Made by a program: the position numbers and the translations under genes
From: Lama guanicoe
Lineage: Eukaryota
Direction of reading: 5' to 3'
DNA length: 64,000 nucleotides
NCBI GenBank assembly: GCA_013239625.1
Contig: MU055864.1
Span: 1,516,307 to 1,580,306 of the forward strand
Part shown: one piece after another, positions 26,827 to 38,780 of the stretch
How the letters are laid out: every line of letters starts with the position of its first letter
Position numbering within the stretch: position 1 is the first letter of the stretch
Notes under the pieces: model-generated
Seen by the model: only the letters and a program-made list of their open reading frames with translations
Databases searched by the model: none
Told to the model about the DNA's origin: nothing

Positions 26827-26957
26827 GGGGTAAGGTATAGCGTGAACTGGGTCTTGGGTTCAATCCCCAGGAACTCCATTAAAAAAATAAATAAACCTAA
26901 TTACTGCCCCCCCACAACAAAATAAATAAATAAATAAAAGACATTATAAAAAAAAGA
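26827..26957 (+). mobile_element. vic-1 SINE with internal deletion
   Basis: GGGGTAAGGTATAGC...GGTCTTGGGTTCAATCCCCAG...AATAAACCTAATTACTGCCCCCCC plus A tail; TSD aagggttaattcag at 26813-26826 and 26958-26971. Confidence 0.9.
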
Positions 26958-27459
26958 AAGGGTTAATTCAGTGGAAAGTAAAGTGGCAGATTTTACAGTG
27001 GGTACCAATGCGCCTTTTCATTTTATCTAGCTTACTGATAGGTACAAAAAGTGATTTTGAACGTAATTACTGAACCATGTTATTTCAGATATTTTAATAC
27101 GTATCATTTTATTGTTCTGTGTGGATTGCAAAATACTGCTTTTACTGTATTTGTACCTCAAGTATATAACTACTTGGTTTAAACCGTACCATTTCATGAG
27201 ACATGTTAAACTAAGTGGGCCCTCAGCAGACAGGCTAGATCAGCCTCTGCTGGAGTGGGTTTTCAGGCAGAGAAGATTCAGGGCTCCGTGAGGCAGCGGC
27301 CCAGGGCCGGCCTGGCTCGCGTGGGGCAGGAAAGAGACAGTGGAGGGAGCGTGCTGGCAGCTGGGCCCATTCGTCTGGTTGAGGAGATGTGGGGGGAAAG
27401 TGGGTCCTTCAAAGAAATTAAGTGATGAATCACTGTCTCTCTCTCCTCTTTTCCTCCAG

Positions 27460-27649
27460 GGCCCCTGTGTCCATGACGAGGACTCTGGCCTGTCGCTCAC
27501 AGGAAAACCTGCCCTTCAGGCTTTGTTATATCACTGCCATTTTTATGAACATTTGAGTCAGATGGTTAAACATTGTTACCTGGGACGGTATACATTTGAT
27601 TTGAATTGTTCTGCTCTTCATGGAACTTCAGAAGGCAATGATTTAAATG
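27460..27649 (+). CDS. RTTN: rotatin coding exon (~33), 190 nt, phase 0/1
   Basis: ttcctccag|GGC...AATG|gtacag; [63 protein letters not shown]. Confidence 0.95.
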
Positions 27650-28359
27650 GTACAGATATTTATATTTATATTTTTAATAAAATGTAATATTTCTTAACCT
27701 GTTAAAAACCTGTGTGTTTGTTACAAAATATTTGCAAAACAATGAAAACAGAGAACATTCATCTCTAGTCCCAAAACCCAGAGATGATCTTTGTTGCCTT
27801 GGGGTGTATTTTCTCCCAGTCTTCTTCCTCTGTATAGCTTTTGTTTGTTGTACGTAATTGTGCTCCTGTCTTATGTACATTTTTGTATTGCCTTCTTTCA
27901 CTAAACGTTGCCTAAGCATTTTTCTGTGTTATAAATTCTTCATGGAAACTATTTTTGACATCTTATTAATGTTTCATAAGTTATTTCATGCCCTTCAGTA
28001 AAGTTTTATAGTTTTTTCTATTAAATGTCTGAAACTTTTTGGAAAGTTCTTCCTAGGCAATCAAGAATGGGATGTTTTCCTACTAAATTTTCTAATTTGT
28101 TTGGCTGATATATTGAAAAACTTTGTTTTTGTCATGTTACTCAGTTTGTCAAAATATCTGCTGAAACCTTTTAATTTCTACTTATTTGTAGATTCTCTTG
28201 GAGTTCCTAAGAATGAGATCTTAACACATATAAATACTAACTTCATCTCATGATAATAAATAATAATTTAATAATAAGAATAAAAATAATTGTAAAGTAA
28301 AACTAAATGTAAAATAATTTTTTTAATATTTAAAAGGGTTTTAAATAATATTAAAAGAT

Positions 28360-28580
28360 CTTGACATAATTGCACACAGAAAAGGTACAAGAATAGTACA
28401 GAGACTTCCCAAATGTTTACATTTTACTGTATTTGTTCCCCTATGCCATATGTATGTATGTGCATGTAAACAAAATTTATTTATAATGCACGTGTGTGTA
28501 CTTTTTTGAGCCATTTAAGAGTAAATTGCAAACATGAACTTTCTTTACCCCTGAAATACTTAAGTATATATTTCTAATTC
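28360..28580 (-). mobile_element. L1MC-like 3' fragment
   Basis: acagaaaaggtacaagaatagtacagagac...gagccatttaagagtaaattgcaaacatga...tttacccctgaaatactt. Confidence 0.65.
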
Positions 28581-28709
28581 ACTTTTCTGCTCATTTCTTT
28601 GAGAAATTAAGAGGAGAATGACATTTGATGACATTCTTGAATATTATAAATAAATATCCCTATGAGGAAGGTGACCCATTTAATTGTTTGGATTTCTCTA
28701 TATTGGTGT

Positions 28710-28880
28710 TACTGGAAGCACGGCCCTTGAATCAACAGCACTGACATCTGCTTCCAACTTGGTAGAAATGCAAATTTACTCCCCGACCTTGATTTGGGGA
28801 ATGAAATCTCTGAGACTAGGACCCAGGAAACCAGTTTATCAAGCTCTTTATGGTTCTTCTGCGCATTGAAGCTGGGGAGC
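28710..28880. mobile_element. MER5A-like hAT DNA transposon
   Basis: cttggtagaaatgcaaatt...aaatctctgagactaggacccaggaa...ttatcaagctct...gttcttctgcgcattgaag. Confidence 0.65.
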
Positions 28881-29099
28881 TGGTGCTCCTGACGAATTGT
28901 GTTAGAGTGAGCTTAAAGCACAGCTAACTGATTGTCATTCACTTTCTTGTGAAATATGCTTTATGTATAAGTTAATTAAGAATAATAACAACTAGGCTAA
29001 CTTCTTTCCTTAGTTCTTGGTTGGTTTCACATAAGGTTCATGTTGGTTGTTACAGTACCCGGAAGACTACTCATGTTGACAGCTTTCCTGTCCTCACAG

Positions 29100-29191
29100 G
29101 TTTAGACGACTCATTCAAGTTCTGGAGGGCACCATCTCGGATGTCCAATCAAGATCAAGATCCAAGTTCTCTCTCCACCTCGGAAACAACG
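29100..29191 (+). CDS. RTTN: rotatin coding exon (~34), 92 nt, phase 1/0
   Basis: cctcacag|GT...ACAACG|gtactc (weak donor); (G)[30 protein letters not shown]. Confidence 0.92.
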
Positions 29192-29411
29192 GTACTCAAC
29201 AAAGAACGCTTGAGGGCTGCATGTTGACTTTCTGAAAAAATGTGAATTTATATAGTAGAGAGATAAGAATGGAAATGACATATAAGGTTATGACTATAGC
29301 AGCTGTGATTTATTTGAAGTGTTGTCTTTTCAGAACTAGGGTTTGCCTTGCTCAAGTAGGTACACTGAATAGCCTTTTAGATGAGTTTTCAACCTCTTTT
29401 CTACCTTTTTT

Positions 29412-29587
29412 TTCAAATATGTGTTTTTTTAAATGTTTTCTTTTTTAAACTAGTTAAGGGTTTTTTTTTGGAAGAGGGTTGGAGGTAATTAGCTTTTGTT
29501 TATTTTTTTGATGGAAGTACTAGGGGTTGAACCCAGGGCCTTTTATATGCTAAGCATATCCTCTACCGCTTGAGCTATACCCTCCCC
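29412..29587 (-). mobile_element. vic-1 SINE, older and more diverged copy
   Basis: Minus strand GGGGAGGGTATAGCTCAAGCGGTAGAGGATATGCTTAGCATATAAAAGGCCCTGGGTTCAACCCCTAG...GCTAATTACCTCC; possible TSD ctacctttttt (29401) / ctatctttttt (29589). Confidence 0.9.
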
Positions 29588-32500
29588 GCTATCTTTTTTG
29601 ATAGAACCAGGGTTCAAAAAATTTTAAATGTTTATCAGTAGTAGTAGAAGAAGAGAACAGATCCCATGTGATTGGTAATCCTTGATTACCCTGAAATTAA
29701 TTTTGCTTAAGAACAAGACAATTTGAAGACTGTTGACCCATTCAAATGATTCCAGTGTGGTACTGATGATTTTAAACACACTTCCAAATACTTGCATCAG
29801 ACAGAAGCTTGTCTTGATTATCTGTACTACCTGAAATTTATATACCTGCCTGCCTTTCTTCCTTTTTATTTTTATATATAAGTTGCTTTGTTCTAAAAAG
29901 TTTGAGACACTAAGTATTTCTAAATAATGACATGCTAAGTTACATTTGTTTTGCAAGCATACAAAATCATTTATTCTCAACTGGAAAATATTGAGTTCAA
30001 TTGGAAAATGTTTTTGGAAAAATTACTGTGTTGTAGAACCTATTAGAAAGGCAAAGGCGTGACACCACTTCTTCCAGGAACAAAAATAATATGAGAATAA
30101 TAAAAAATTATACAGGTGTTAATAAAATTCACCTCCTACAGTTTCCCAAGAGACTGGTACAGTTTTAAAAGTCTTCTTTTTTTTTCCTCCGAGACTCAAA
30201 AGAAGAGTTTATGTTTAGTGCTAAATTGAACCTTTATTTAGAAGAATAGAATACCCCAGTTCCACTAGATGTCATGCTTTCCTTCTCACAGTAGAAGTAA
30301 TGTGTATCTTTATCTCAATAAGAGAAATAATGATATGATTAAATGCCAGAGGGAACTGTTTTAATTGGTTATTTAGTTCACAGAAGGACAGCATTATTCT
30401 TACTCTTCTTAGGTTTCTCTGTTTAAAGGTTTATAGACGGATTTTGAGATCTTGGTACATTCTTTGCTTATATAAGCAGTAAATAGTAATTGCTCTAAAT
30501 AACTTTGAGTTATCTTAGCTATTTTATAGATATCAAGTTGTGTTTATACAAGAAGACTTAAGTACAGAAAACAAAACCAAATCAAACTTTTGCATTTCTC
30601 TATTTGATAAAAATATGTAAATCTTACAGATTAGGTTTACTAGATTTTCTGAGAAAAACTTTGGAAAGATGTCACTTACTATAATCATTATTAAAATAGA
30701 AGTACCTCTATTAAAGCAAAAGTCTTTAACTTGTTTATGTAAGGATATCACATAGACTTTTAGAGCAATGTACCAACAAAATCTGTTTTTTTAAAGAATT
30801 CTTATACATAGTCCAATGTAAGATTTACTTCTTGTAGTTTCTCAAAAGACCAGTGTTATCTGTTAGAATTTTTACAATCAACGCTTTTCTTTGTTTTTTG
30901 GTTTCCAAATAGAGTTTGGGTATTAGTGACTTTTATTCACAAAAAAGTAGTCTGATTACCCCAGTTCTGCTAATTGTTCATGTTTTCCTAACCATGTGAG
31001 AGATCTGTACATCTTTGTTGCAAAAGGAGACAAATCTGGAGAGTTTATTCATTGTACTCGTATTGCATTCAACCTAAGCTGCCAGAACCCAGACCAACCA
31101 ATACTTCCTCAGGTTTAAGAAAATGTTGAAGTTACAAATTGAGATATCAGTTGAGTGGATGTAAATCTTTTGAGCTTATCTTGTTATTTATATCACTATT
31201 TTGTGTCTCTCCCAGAATTGAGAAAAGATGCAATTTGTGGATTGTTTTGTTTTTCCACGTTGTCTTTCTAAGGAAAGCACCGTCCTTTGATTTGGGTCAT
31301 GTCATCCAGTGTGCTGTTACTGGGTCATTATCCATTCTGTGCTGTTGATGCCACATTAGGGACTTCCATGGTGTTATCTAACGAATATTAGTTCAACGTT
31401 GTTTGGCAAGCTTTGGAAGAATCAGGACTTGTATGTTTTGTAAATTACAAATAGAGTAGAGTGTCATTGTCACCTTGGGGCAGTTGCCCTCATAAGTAAA
31501 TGCCGTTTCAGAGATGGCCTCCCCGCAACTCACTGTCTTCTTCCCCAGGATAGGAGGGGTCAGACAGTAGTTATTTTTCCCCCTGAAATCACATTTTTAC
31601 CCCTCAGGAATATCTGAACTAGGGGGTGTTTCTGCCTAGGACCTACCAGTGTGCAGCCACAGCTTTATGGCCAAAACTTGGTCTTTTCTGTTGGTCTTGA
31701 GCAGAATTATCTTTGTATTTTTAAAAATCTGTTTTATCAGATGTCAAAATAAAGGAAATGTGGATCCTTTCCTTTTGAGCTCAGACGAGGACACACTCCA
31801 GTTTGTTGTGTGTGGCCACCACGTTGCGTGCTACAGATGGGTTCGCCTGTTAAATCTGCACTGCTTAAGGGTGGTGCCCTTTCATAAATGAAGAAACAGA
31901 GTCTTAGGGAATTTACGTATTTGTCCTAAAGTCACAAAGCTATTGGAGGGTGGACTAGGACAAGGCCGAGGGAGCTTGTTCCTTTAAATCGTGTCCAGTA
32001 GGGCACAGGGGCCTGGTGTTAAATCCCTGTGTGTGAGTAAGTGATTCTAGTTAGGCAAGAATCTTACCTCATCTTCTGCTTTTTCCTACCACAATGTTTT
32101 TCTGAGCTTTCTTTTTTTTATTTTACATGCAGTCCTTAGAATCTTGAATCTACGTAGTTGAAGTGATTTAAACTTCCTATTGTAATTTGTTTAGAGTTAA
32201 TGATTACAAATTGTGAAGCACAACAAAATTTTTCTGCTCTTGGGCCTATAGAGAAAGTTGTCATTTGTAAAAATGAACACTTAGAACCCCCAGTTTTAAA
32301 AATGTAAATAGATGTGTACTCTTTTTCATGCCACAAATCCTCATTGTCTTTATTCCCTTTTAATTTTTTAAAAATCAAATAACCTATTTAGATTATGAAT
32401 ACTGGTTTTGATGAAAGAGAATGGAAGAAATTGTAAAGTCATTTTGACAAATAAAATTCCTGAGTCCTAAATTAACTCTCAAAAATTTTTGAAGTACCCA

Positions 32501-35163
32501 GTGAGCTCTTGTTTCTGTAAGGCAGAATACAAAGAAAATATTTTTGAACATTGATGCATTTTGTTTATATGACAGAAATTGTTTATTTTTAGACTCAAAT
32601 TCCCCTTTAATATGGTAAATGACTGCTATTTCTGCTTTTTCAAAGGAATTCTCTTAAAATTATAACTACTTTATTTTACAATGAAGCATGATTTAGAGAG
32701 CTTCTTCCGTTATCAAATCTGTTTACAAACATGTTGAAGGAAAGACTATCTTTTAGTTCTCAGAAGCAAAATGTGCGTCTGTTTTAGGATAGTGGTTTTA
32801 AGTAACATCAGCCTGCCTGCACTAACAGGCCTTTACTGCCTTCTGTGCTAGTAAGGTGAGAACGCTAGGGGTACATATGCTTCAAAGAAAACTCAGTTTT
32901 GTTTGTCTTGTCAAGGGAATGCAAATTGAAAATCTCAGGATGTGCCAGGTGGCAAATGTGAAAGTGAGGAAAATGTCTATGTTGTGATTTTGCACTGAAG
33001 CCATTTTAATGAACAGGGCGAGTGACAGATAAAAGAATTAGACTCCCTGCTGCAAGAGGACAGCCTGACCTCCCGCTCGATGCCTCCTCCTGACAGCAGG
33101 CAGAGAGCAAGTGAGAATGTCGTGCTCTCTGCTCTCGGCGAAGGGAAGGGATGACGCAGCGTGCTTAGTGTGCCCTAAGCCAAGCCACCCTGAATCCTCC
33201 GCCCGGGAGGTGGCCCGAAGCCCCAGTCAAGCTGAGGGCCGTCCGTGGAAACAAGAGGAGGGGGAGAAGGAAGCACGTCCCTCAGAGGAGACCAGCCGGC
33301 GTTCCGGAGCTTTGTCTGGGGATGTCCTCTGACTGGAGGAGCTCTGTGCTGTTGTGAATATGGTCCTGGACTGAGGATCCTCATTCGAGTCTGCACTAGG
33401 CCCACCCCTTGTCCCTGAAAGAGGACCTGGACCAGATCAGGCCTTCTCTGCCTGTAGCATTGTTGGCTCCTATGAACCTCACCTTCTGGGAGCTAATACT
33501 TGCATTTCCAGGTTGATTCATTGTTACTTGGATTTCAAGATGACAAGTAATACATGTATGTTTTGATGTGTATTATGAAATATAATCAAATAAATATCCA
33601 TGGGAGATTATTTTCAAGCAATCAAGGACTTGAGCATAGTACTAGAACAGGTCAGCCTAAGACTGCATGAGTGTTTGTCAATTGAAAGGATGGTTAGTGA
33701 AAAGATAAAAGGTTCCAGCATCCTTGCTCTCTTAAATTTTCTAATATAACCAGGAGAGCTCATGGCAGGAGTCAGGTTCATTCGTCAGCTCCTGCATGGG
33801 CTGTGTGGTCAGTCTCAGCGTCTGACTGTTACTTCACAGACTAAACGTTACCTGGATGTCTGTTGATAGGAACTTATTTTTTAAACACACCTCTTATAGC
33901 CAATTGTAAGCAACTATAATTTAAATAATTTCTTTAGGTTTTTGCCCCCTGTTATCTGGATCTAATGTTATATAAAATAAGACATTTAATACTTGCTTAC
34001 TTATGAGTGATTTATTTGGACCAAAATTTATCCAGCCTTCATTGTTAGGTGACTTTATGTGCTTAGCTTACATTTTTTGGCTACGGCTTTCTATCATTTA
34101 TTTCTTACTACTGTAATGTCATACTTGAGGTGGTGAGAGGTGATTGAGGTCTTGACTTGAAAGGGGGATTTTTAAAACTGTATATTAATTTCCTGTGCCA
34201 TTATCTTCAAATTTATATTCTCTTTGCTATCAGAAACTGCAAATGAAAATAATCTTTTGAGTTTTGCTTTCATCCTGTCATATCAAATCTAAAGCAACCT
34301 ACTTTAAGTGTTGGGATAAATATGCAATCAGTGTGCAAATATCGTGAGCTGTACAGGCTCTGGGTTTGCTGGAGGGTTGACGCGTGAGTTCTGTTGACAG
34401 CTCGCGCTACCTGCATGCGCTGACCTGGAGATTGTCCAGGCGTGGGAAATTCATGCTTTCTCAGAGAAGAGAAATCGATGGAAAGATAGTGTTTTCCACA
34501 TAGGAGGTGCTTGACGTCAGTTTGGGCTTTTTCAGTTTTAGGAGGCCACACAGTCTGCCCATCTGTAAACCTGTGCGTCAAATTGTGTTCACTCTCTATA
34601 GAATTTCTGTTAAGTTTAATGCTTCAAAAAACGTATTCTAAAGAACAGTGTCAGCATATTGCCCAATTCTTAAACCATTTCTTTTGTGATGGGAGAAGCA
34701 GAGAAGAATTGTCTAATGCTTCTGCTAATTCTTCTATTTAAATTTGCGCGTGCCATTTGAAACTCTAAAAAACCCTTTTATTATGAATAGAAATGCAAAC
34801 TATCTGAAGGGCACAGTGAATTATAGGCTAGTTTTTTTTCAGCCTTTCAGCATTTGAGCAGTAAATGGGAATTGGCTTTATCAGGACCATAAAACCCTAG
34901 ATGGGCTTCAAATCAAAACTTTTCTCCTTTGAATTACTGATTTACGAAACTGTAACAAGTCCTATAAGAAGAAGTAGAAAGTGCCATTCAAAACCTTACA
35001 GCTCTCAGGATATGCGTGGTTAGTGGTGCTAACTAGGGCGCTTCTCTAATAAACCCTTCTGTTTAAGGATATCTTGTGTACGTATGGCTTGTGTTTCATT
35101 TTCCAACTAGTAACGTTAACAAGAGGCTGTTACGAGGAAGATGACTTTCTTTGCTCTCCGCAG

Positions 35164-35257
35164 GTGGCAGCTTCGTTGGGGAGTGCTGAATTTCAGCCAC
35201 ACATGCTCTGCGCAGCGCCTCTCCCTGAAGCCTCGCACGACCAGTTTGTGGCTCAAG
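35164..35257 (+). CDS. RTTN: rotatin coding exon (~35), 94 nt, phase 0/1
   Basis: ctccgcag|GTG...CAAG|gtatcc; VAASLGSAEFQPHMLCAAPLPEASHDQFVAQ. Confidence 0.93.
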
Positions 35258-35452
35258 GTATCCTTGTTTTAGGAAAACATCCTCCTTTCAAAAAAGAAAA
35301 ATGGCAAGTTGGTCCAGTTAGATTCTGGACCATCTGTTTGTTCCTTAATGTCTGAATACTTGGGACACAGCACTTTGCCCTGCCCTTCTTGTCTTGGCTG
35401 GTGTACTGTCCCCCAGGGCAGACACACACACCCTAGTGTACATGCACGCGCT

Positions 35453-35476
35453 CACACACACACACACACACACACA
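35453..35476. repeat. (CA)12 microsatellite
   Basis: Perfect CA run in the short intron between exons ~35 and ~36. Confidence 0.95.
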
Positions 35477-35644
35477 AACTGCAGGAGTGGGATGTCTGAG
35501 GTGCCGAGCGGTTAGGGAATTCCCCAACTGCCTCTCTTTGGCACTTTCAGGAACTTTCCTCTGATTATCAGAATTTGTGAATGTTGTACGTAACCACAAA
35601 GTAAACAAAATAGTGATAACTTTCATGCTTATTTGCAGTAGCAG

Positions 35645-35837
35645 GTCAGCATGAAACTGCATCTCCACGGCCTCCTCAGGATTCCTCCCTTTCTGCTCCT
35701 CTGCCCAGACAGTGTGTTTTTGTCACTCCGCCTCTCCTCTCGGCTGTATGCAGTCTCCTGGACAGCCTCCTGGCGGCCACTCCAGGTGACACCGCGGACG
35801 CTTTGCGGCAGGCTCGCCTCATGGAGCTTCTCTGTGG
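35645..35837 (+). CDS. RTTN: rotatin coding exon (~36), 193 nt, phase 1/2; start could also be 35639 or 35642
   Basis: cagtagcag|GT...TGTGG|gtaaga; (G)[63 protein letters not shown]. Confidence 0.9.
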
Positions 35838-36904
35838 GTAAGAGACCACGCTCCTGGAAAGGAAGCAGACCCAGGCCTTCACTTTTGCCGCAGTTGTCTT
35901 GAGAGTCTATTTTAGATCTGTTAAAACACTTGGATTGGTTTATATCGACTCTTAAGCTTCCTCAACCTTTATCCTGATTTTTTAAAATTCAGAGGTTCTG
36001 AAACCTGACTTGTCCTCTGCCGCACTCAAGGAATATGATGCAGGTCTCCTTGGTCATTCTGAACGGAAGTGAAGGAGGTTTGGGGTTCACCTCCCTAGTG
36101 GTCATATCAGAATAATGATGTTGGGTTGAAAACTAATTTTTGAAATTCATTTGGAGTTATTTAGTTATGGGAGACTGAAACTTTTATTAGAAAATATTCT
36201 GATAAAATTTAGAGAAATTGTGATTTGGTTCTGTCATTGACCTAGTATTAATTAGCATCTGACATAACCTTTTCTGGTTTTCTGGTTGGTTTCAAGGTGT
36301 AGGTTAAAAGGCCATAGACAGTGAATTCAGTTCGGCTTAAGTCCTGATTGTAGTTCATTCTCTCACTAGTGTTGCAGCCCTGGGAAAGCCACTTCTATCT
36401 CTGAAGATTAAATCAGACCTCAGTGCTTTTTCTTTCTTTTTGGAATGTTAAGAACAATCTGAAAAAAAAAAAGTTTTCCCTACTTCACTTCATACAGTTA
36501 TGATCGCTCCTTCACTCTGCCATTTATTTATTGCAGAGTGAGACTGGAGTTAGTTCTCTTCACTTATTCGTCATCTCTTCTACTCTGATGCCTGCTAGGT
36601 TGGAAAAGGAGACTGCTGGTTGATCTCTTGTTTTGTTTTCCTTCTATAAGGTCTTTATTTTATTCTTCCTTTAGTGGGTTTCATTAGAATTCTTTGTTTC
36701 CCACATTTATCTGATAAGGTCTTTTCCTGTGTTCTGAAATACTATAAGATAAGTTTTTATAAACATTTATTTCCTTCATTTTATGAAAATCCTTTTTTCT
36801 TCAGTTCTATTCATGGTTACATCTGAACTTCAAATTCTGATTGGTTAGTCTTCAGTGGGCAGCGTGCTGATTATTTAGAGGGTGTCCGTTCTCTGTCCTC
36901 CCAG

Positions 36905-36995
36905 TATCGCGGACGCCGCCCTCCTAGAGACGAGGGTCCGGGAGCTCCAGGCCCTGCTGCCTGCATCCCCCCCACTCGAACACACTCAGGCTCAG
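36905..36995 (+). CDS. RTTN: rotatin coding exon (~37), 91 nt, phase 2/0
   Basis: cctcccag|T...GCTCAG|gtaagt; [30 protein letters not shown]. Confidence 0.95.
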
Positions 36996-37767
36996 GTAAG
37001 TGTCTCCCTCTCACCTCATGTCTGTTTGTACCTTTGTTTGCCATTATGTGCCCAAAACATAAATTCTGCTGTGGATAGATTAACCATAAGAGAGGGCTGA
37101 AGCTCTCTCAGGATATACATGGTGTGATGAGGTTATTTGAAAGAAGATACTTAAAATTTTAATCTGAGAATCTTTGGATGGTGGGGTTTGAAGACCTCGA
37201 TTCTATCCCTGTTTCTATAATTAACCAGCTAGAAGTATGTAATCAAAGGTCAGGGCATCTTTGAGCACCATGTTTAAGAAAGGGGACATTGTATAGCCCA
37301 CCTTCCCCCCTGTGATTTTAGGCTCTCTCTCTCATTTCCGCCGAAGTTGAAGTTGTGAAAATACTTAGTGACTAAGTTCTGTGTATTTTCAGAACTCAGT
37401 CTAATAAGAATAAGTTTATTTTTGTTCCTTCACAGGTATTTACTATTTTTCAGTTGTTACCTGTAGCTAGAGGCTGTATGTAAAGTATACCGAATACTTC
37501 TTTGTGTAAGTTGTTGCTGATAGAAAATGTTATGCTGACATCAGATTTTAAGAAGGGCTACAAGATGTACTCTGGTGATAAATACTGCAAGGTGGACAAG
37601 GCCAGTAACTCTTGCTTTGTGGTGTTTTCTTTGAGCTTTCTCAGTAAGGCAGACCCCCTGCTACAGTGTTGGGTGACATAAACCACCTTCCAGACACTGT
37701 CCCAGCATGGTGTTTACACTGGGAGTGTGCTTGTGTGCATGATGGCCACCTCTCCGTTTTTCAGTCT

Positions 37768-38780
37768 GTTCAGCGAACAGAACTTTATTGAGGGCCCGCT
37801 GTGTTCCAGGACCTTCCCTAAACGAACAAAACGAAGGCCCTTCTCCTCAGGTGGGAGCAAATCCATGTGTGTCTGATGAGGCCTTAAGTGGACATCTGGG
37901 AAGAGAACCAAAGCAGGGGCAGGAAGTGGTGTCAGAGCTGGGCGGGTGGGGCTTTTCCGCAGAGGGTGGTCGGGAGGGGCTTCCAGCAGTGACGGACGTG
38001 TGGCCTGAAATAAGCGAGGAAGCTGGTCCTGTGGGGCGTAGTGGGGCCCCTGAGATTGTGGCTTGCTTGGCCTGTTTGGGAAGTAGTAGGGAGTGGCTGG
38101 AGCAGGATCTGCGAGGCGGAGGTGGGGTCGGAGGGTACAGCGCGTGTCCCGTGCCAGGGCTCGGTCGGCATTCCTGAAACGAATGAATAATATCAGTAGC
38201 AGACATTCATGGGGTGCTTGTTTGCATGCATTTATGTAATCCTGTCATCAATCACATGACGTGCGTTAGTGGCCTTGTTTTACAAAGGAAATGGCTGGAG
38301 CCCAAGGATGCGTGGCTTGTCCAGGGCCGCTCACCCAGTGAGCAGAGCCAGGGCTCCAGCCCGTGCAGGCTGGTTGGAGAATCCACAGTCATACAGTGTT
38401 GCACTGCCTGGCCTTGTGTGGACCAGGTGCTTCTTGCCTCTTTGTCTTTATATGAGATGATTCATTCGTTCATTCCAGAACAATTCTGGAGCGTACGCTC
38501 TGCCACGCTGTGCTGCAGGTGCTAGTGATACACCCCTGCCCACGTGAAGTCTGTGTCCCGGGGCAGGAAGCACGTAGTAAACAGTAAATAGAGTGTAAGT
38601 ATTTATCAGGTGGCAGCACATGATACGGAAAAAATAAGTGAGGACCGGTGGAGTGGGGATAGGTGGCTGCTCTTCCGGTAGGTGGTCTGCAAAGGCCTCA
38701 TGAAGGTGAGGTTTGAGCAGAGACCTGGTGGGGCAGAGTGTGGGCCACCTCTGCACGTGAGGTTGCAGGCAGGCAGAGGT
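37768..38780 (-). mobile_element. cluster of L2 and MIR fragments, GC-rich
   Basis: ttattgagggcccgctgtgttccagg; ttcattcgttcattccagaaca; aaggcctcatgaaggtgaggtttgagcagagacctg (L2); tacaaaggaaatggctggagcccaagg...gcttgtccagggccgc (MIR). Confidence 0.6.

Noticed and set aside
33100-33132. 10-bp perfect hairpin GCAGAGAGCA/TGCTCTCTGC
   Set aside because: About one such stem is expected by chance in 64 kb, and it is too short for a pre-miRNA.
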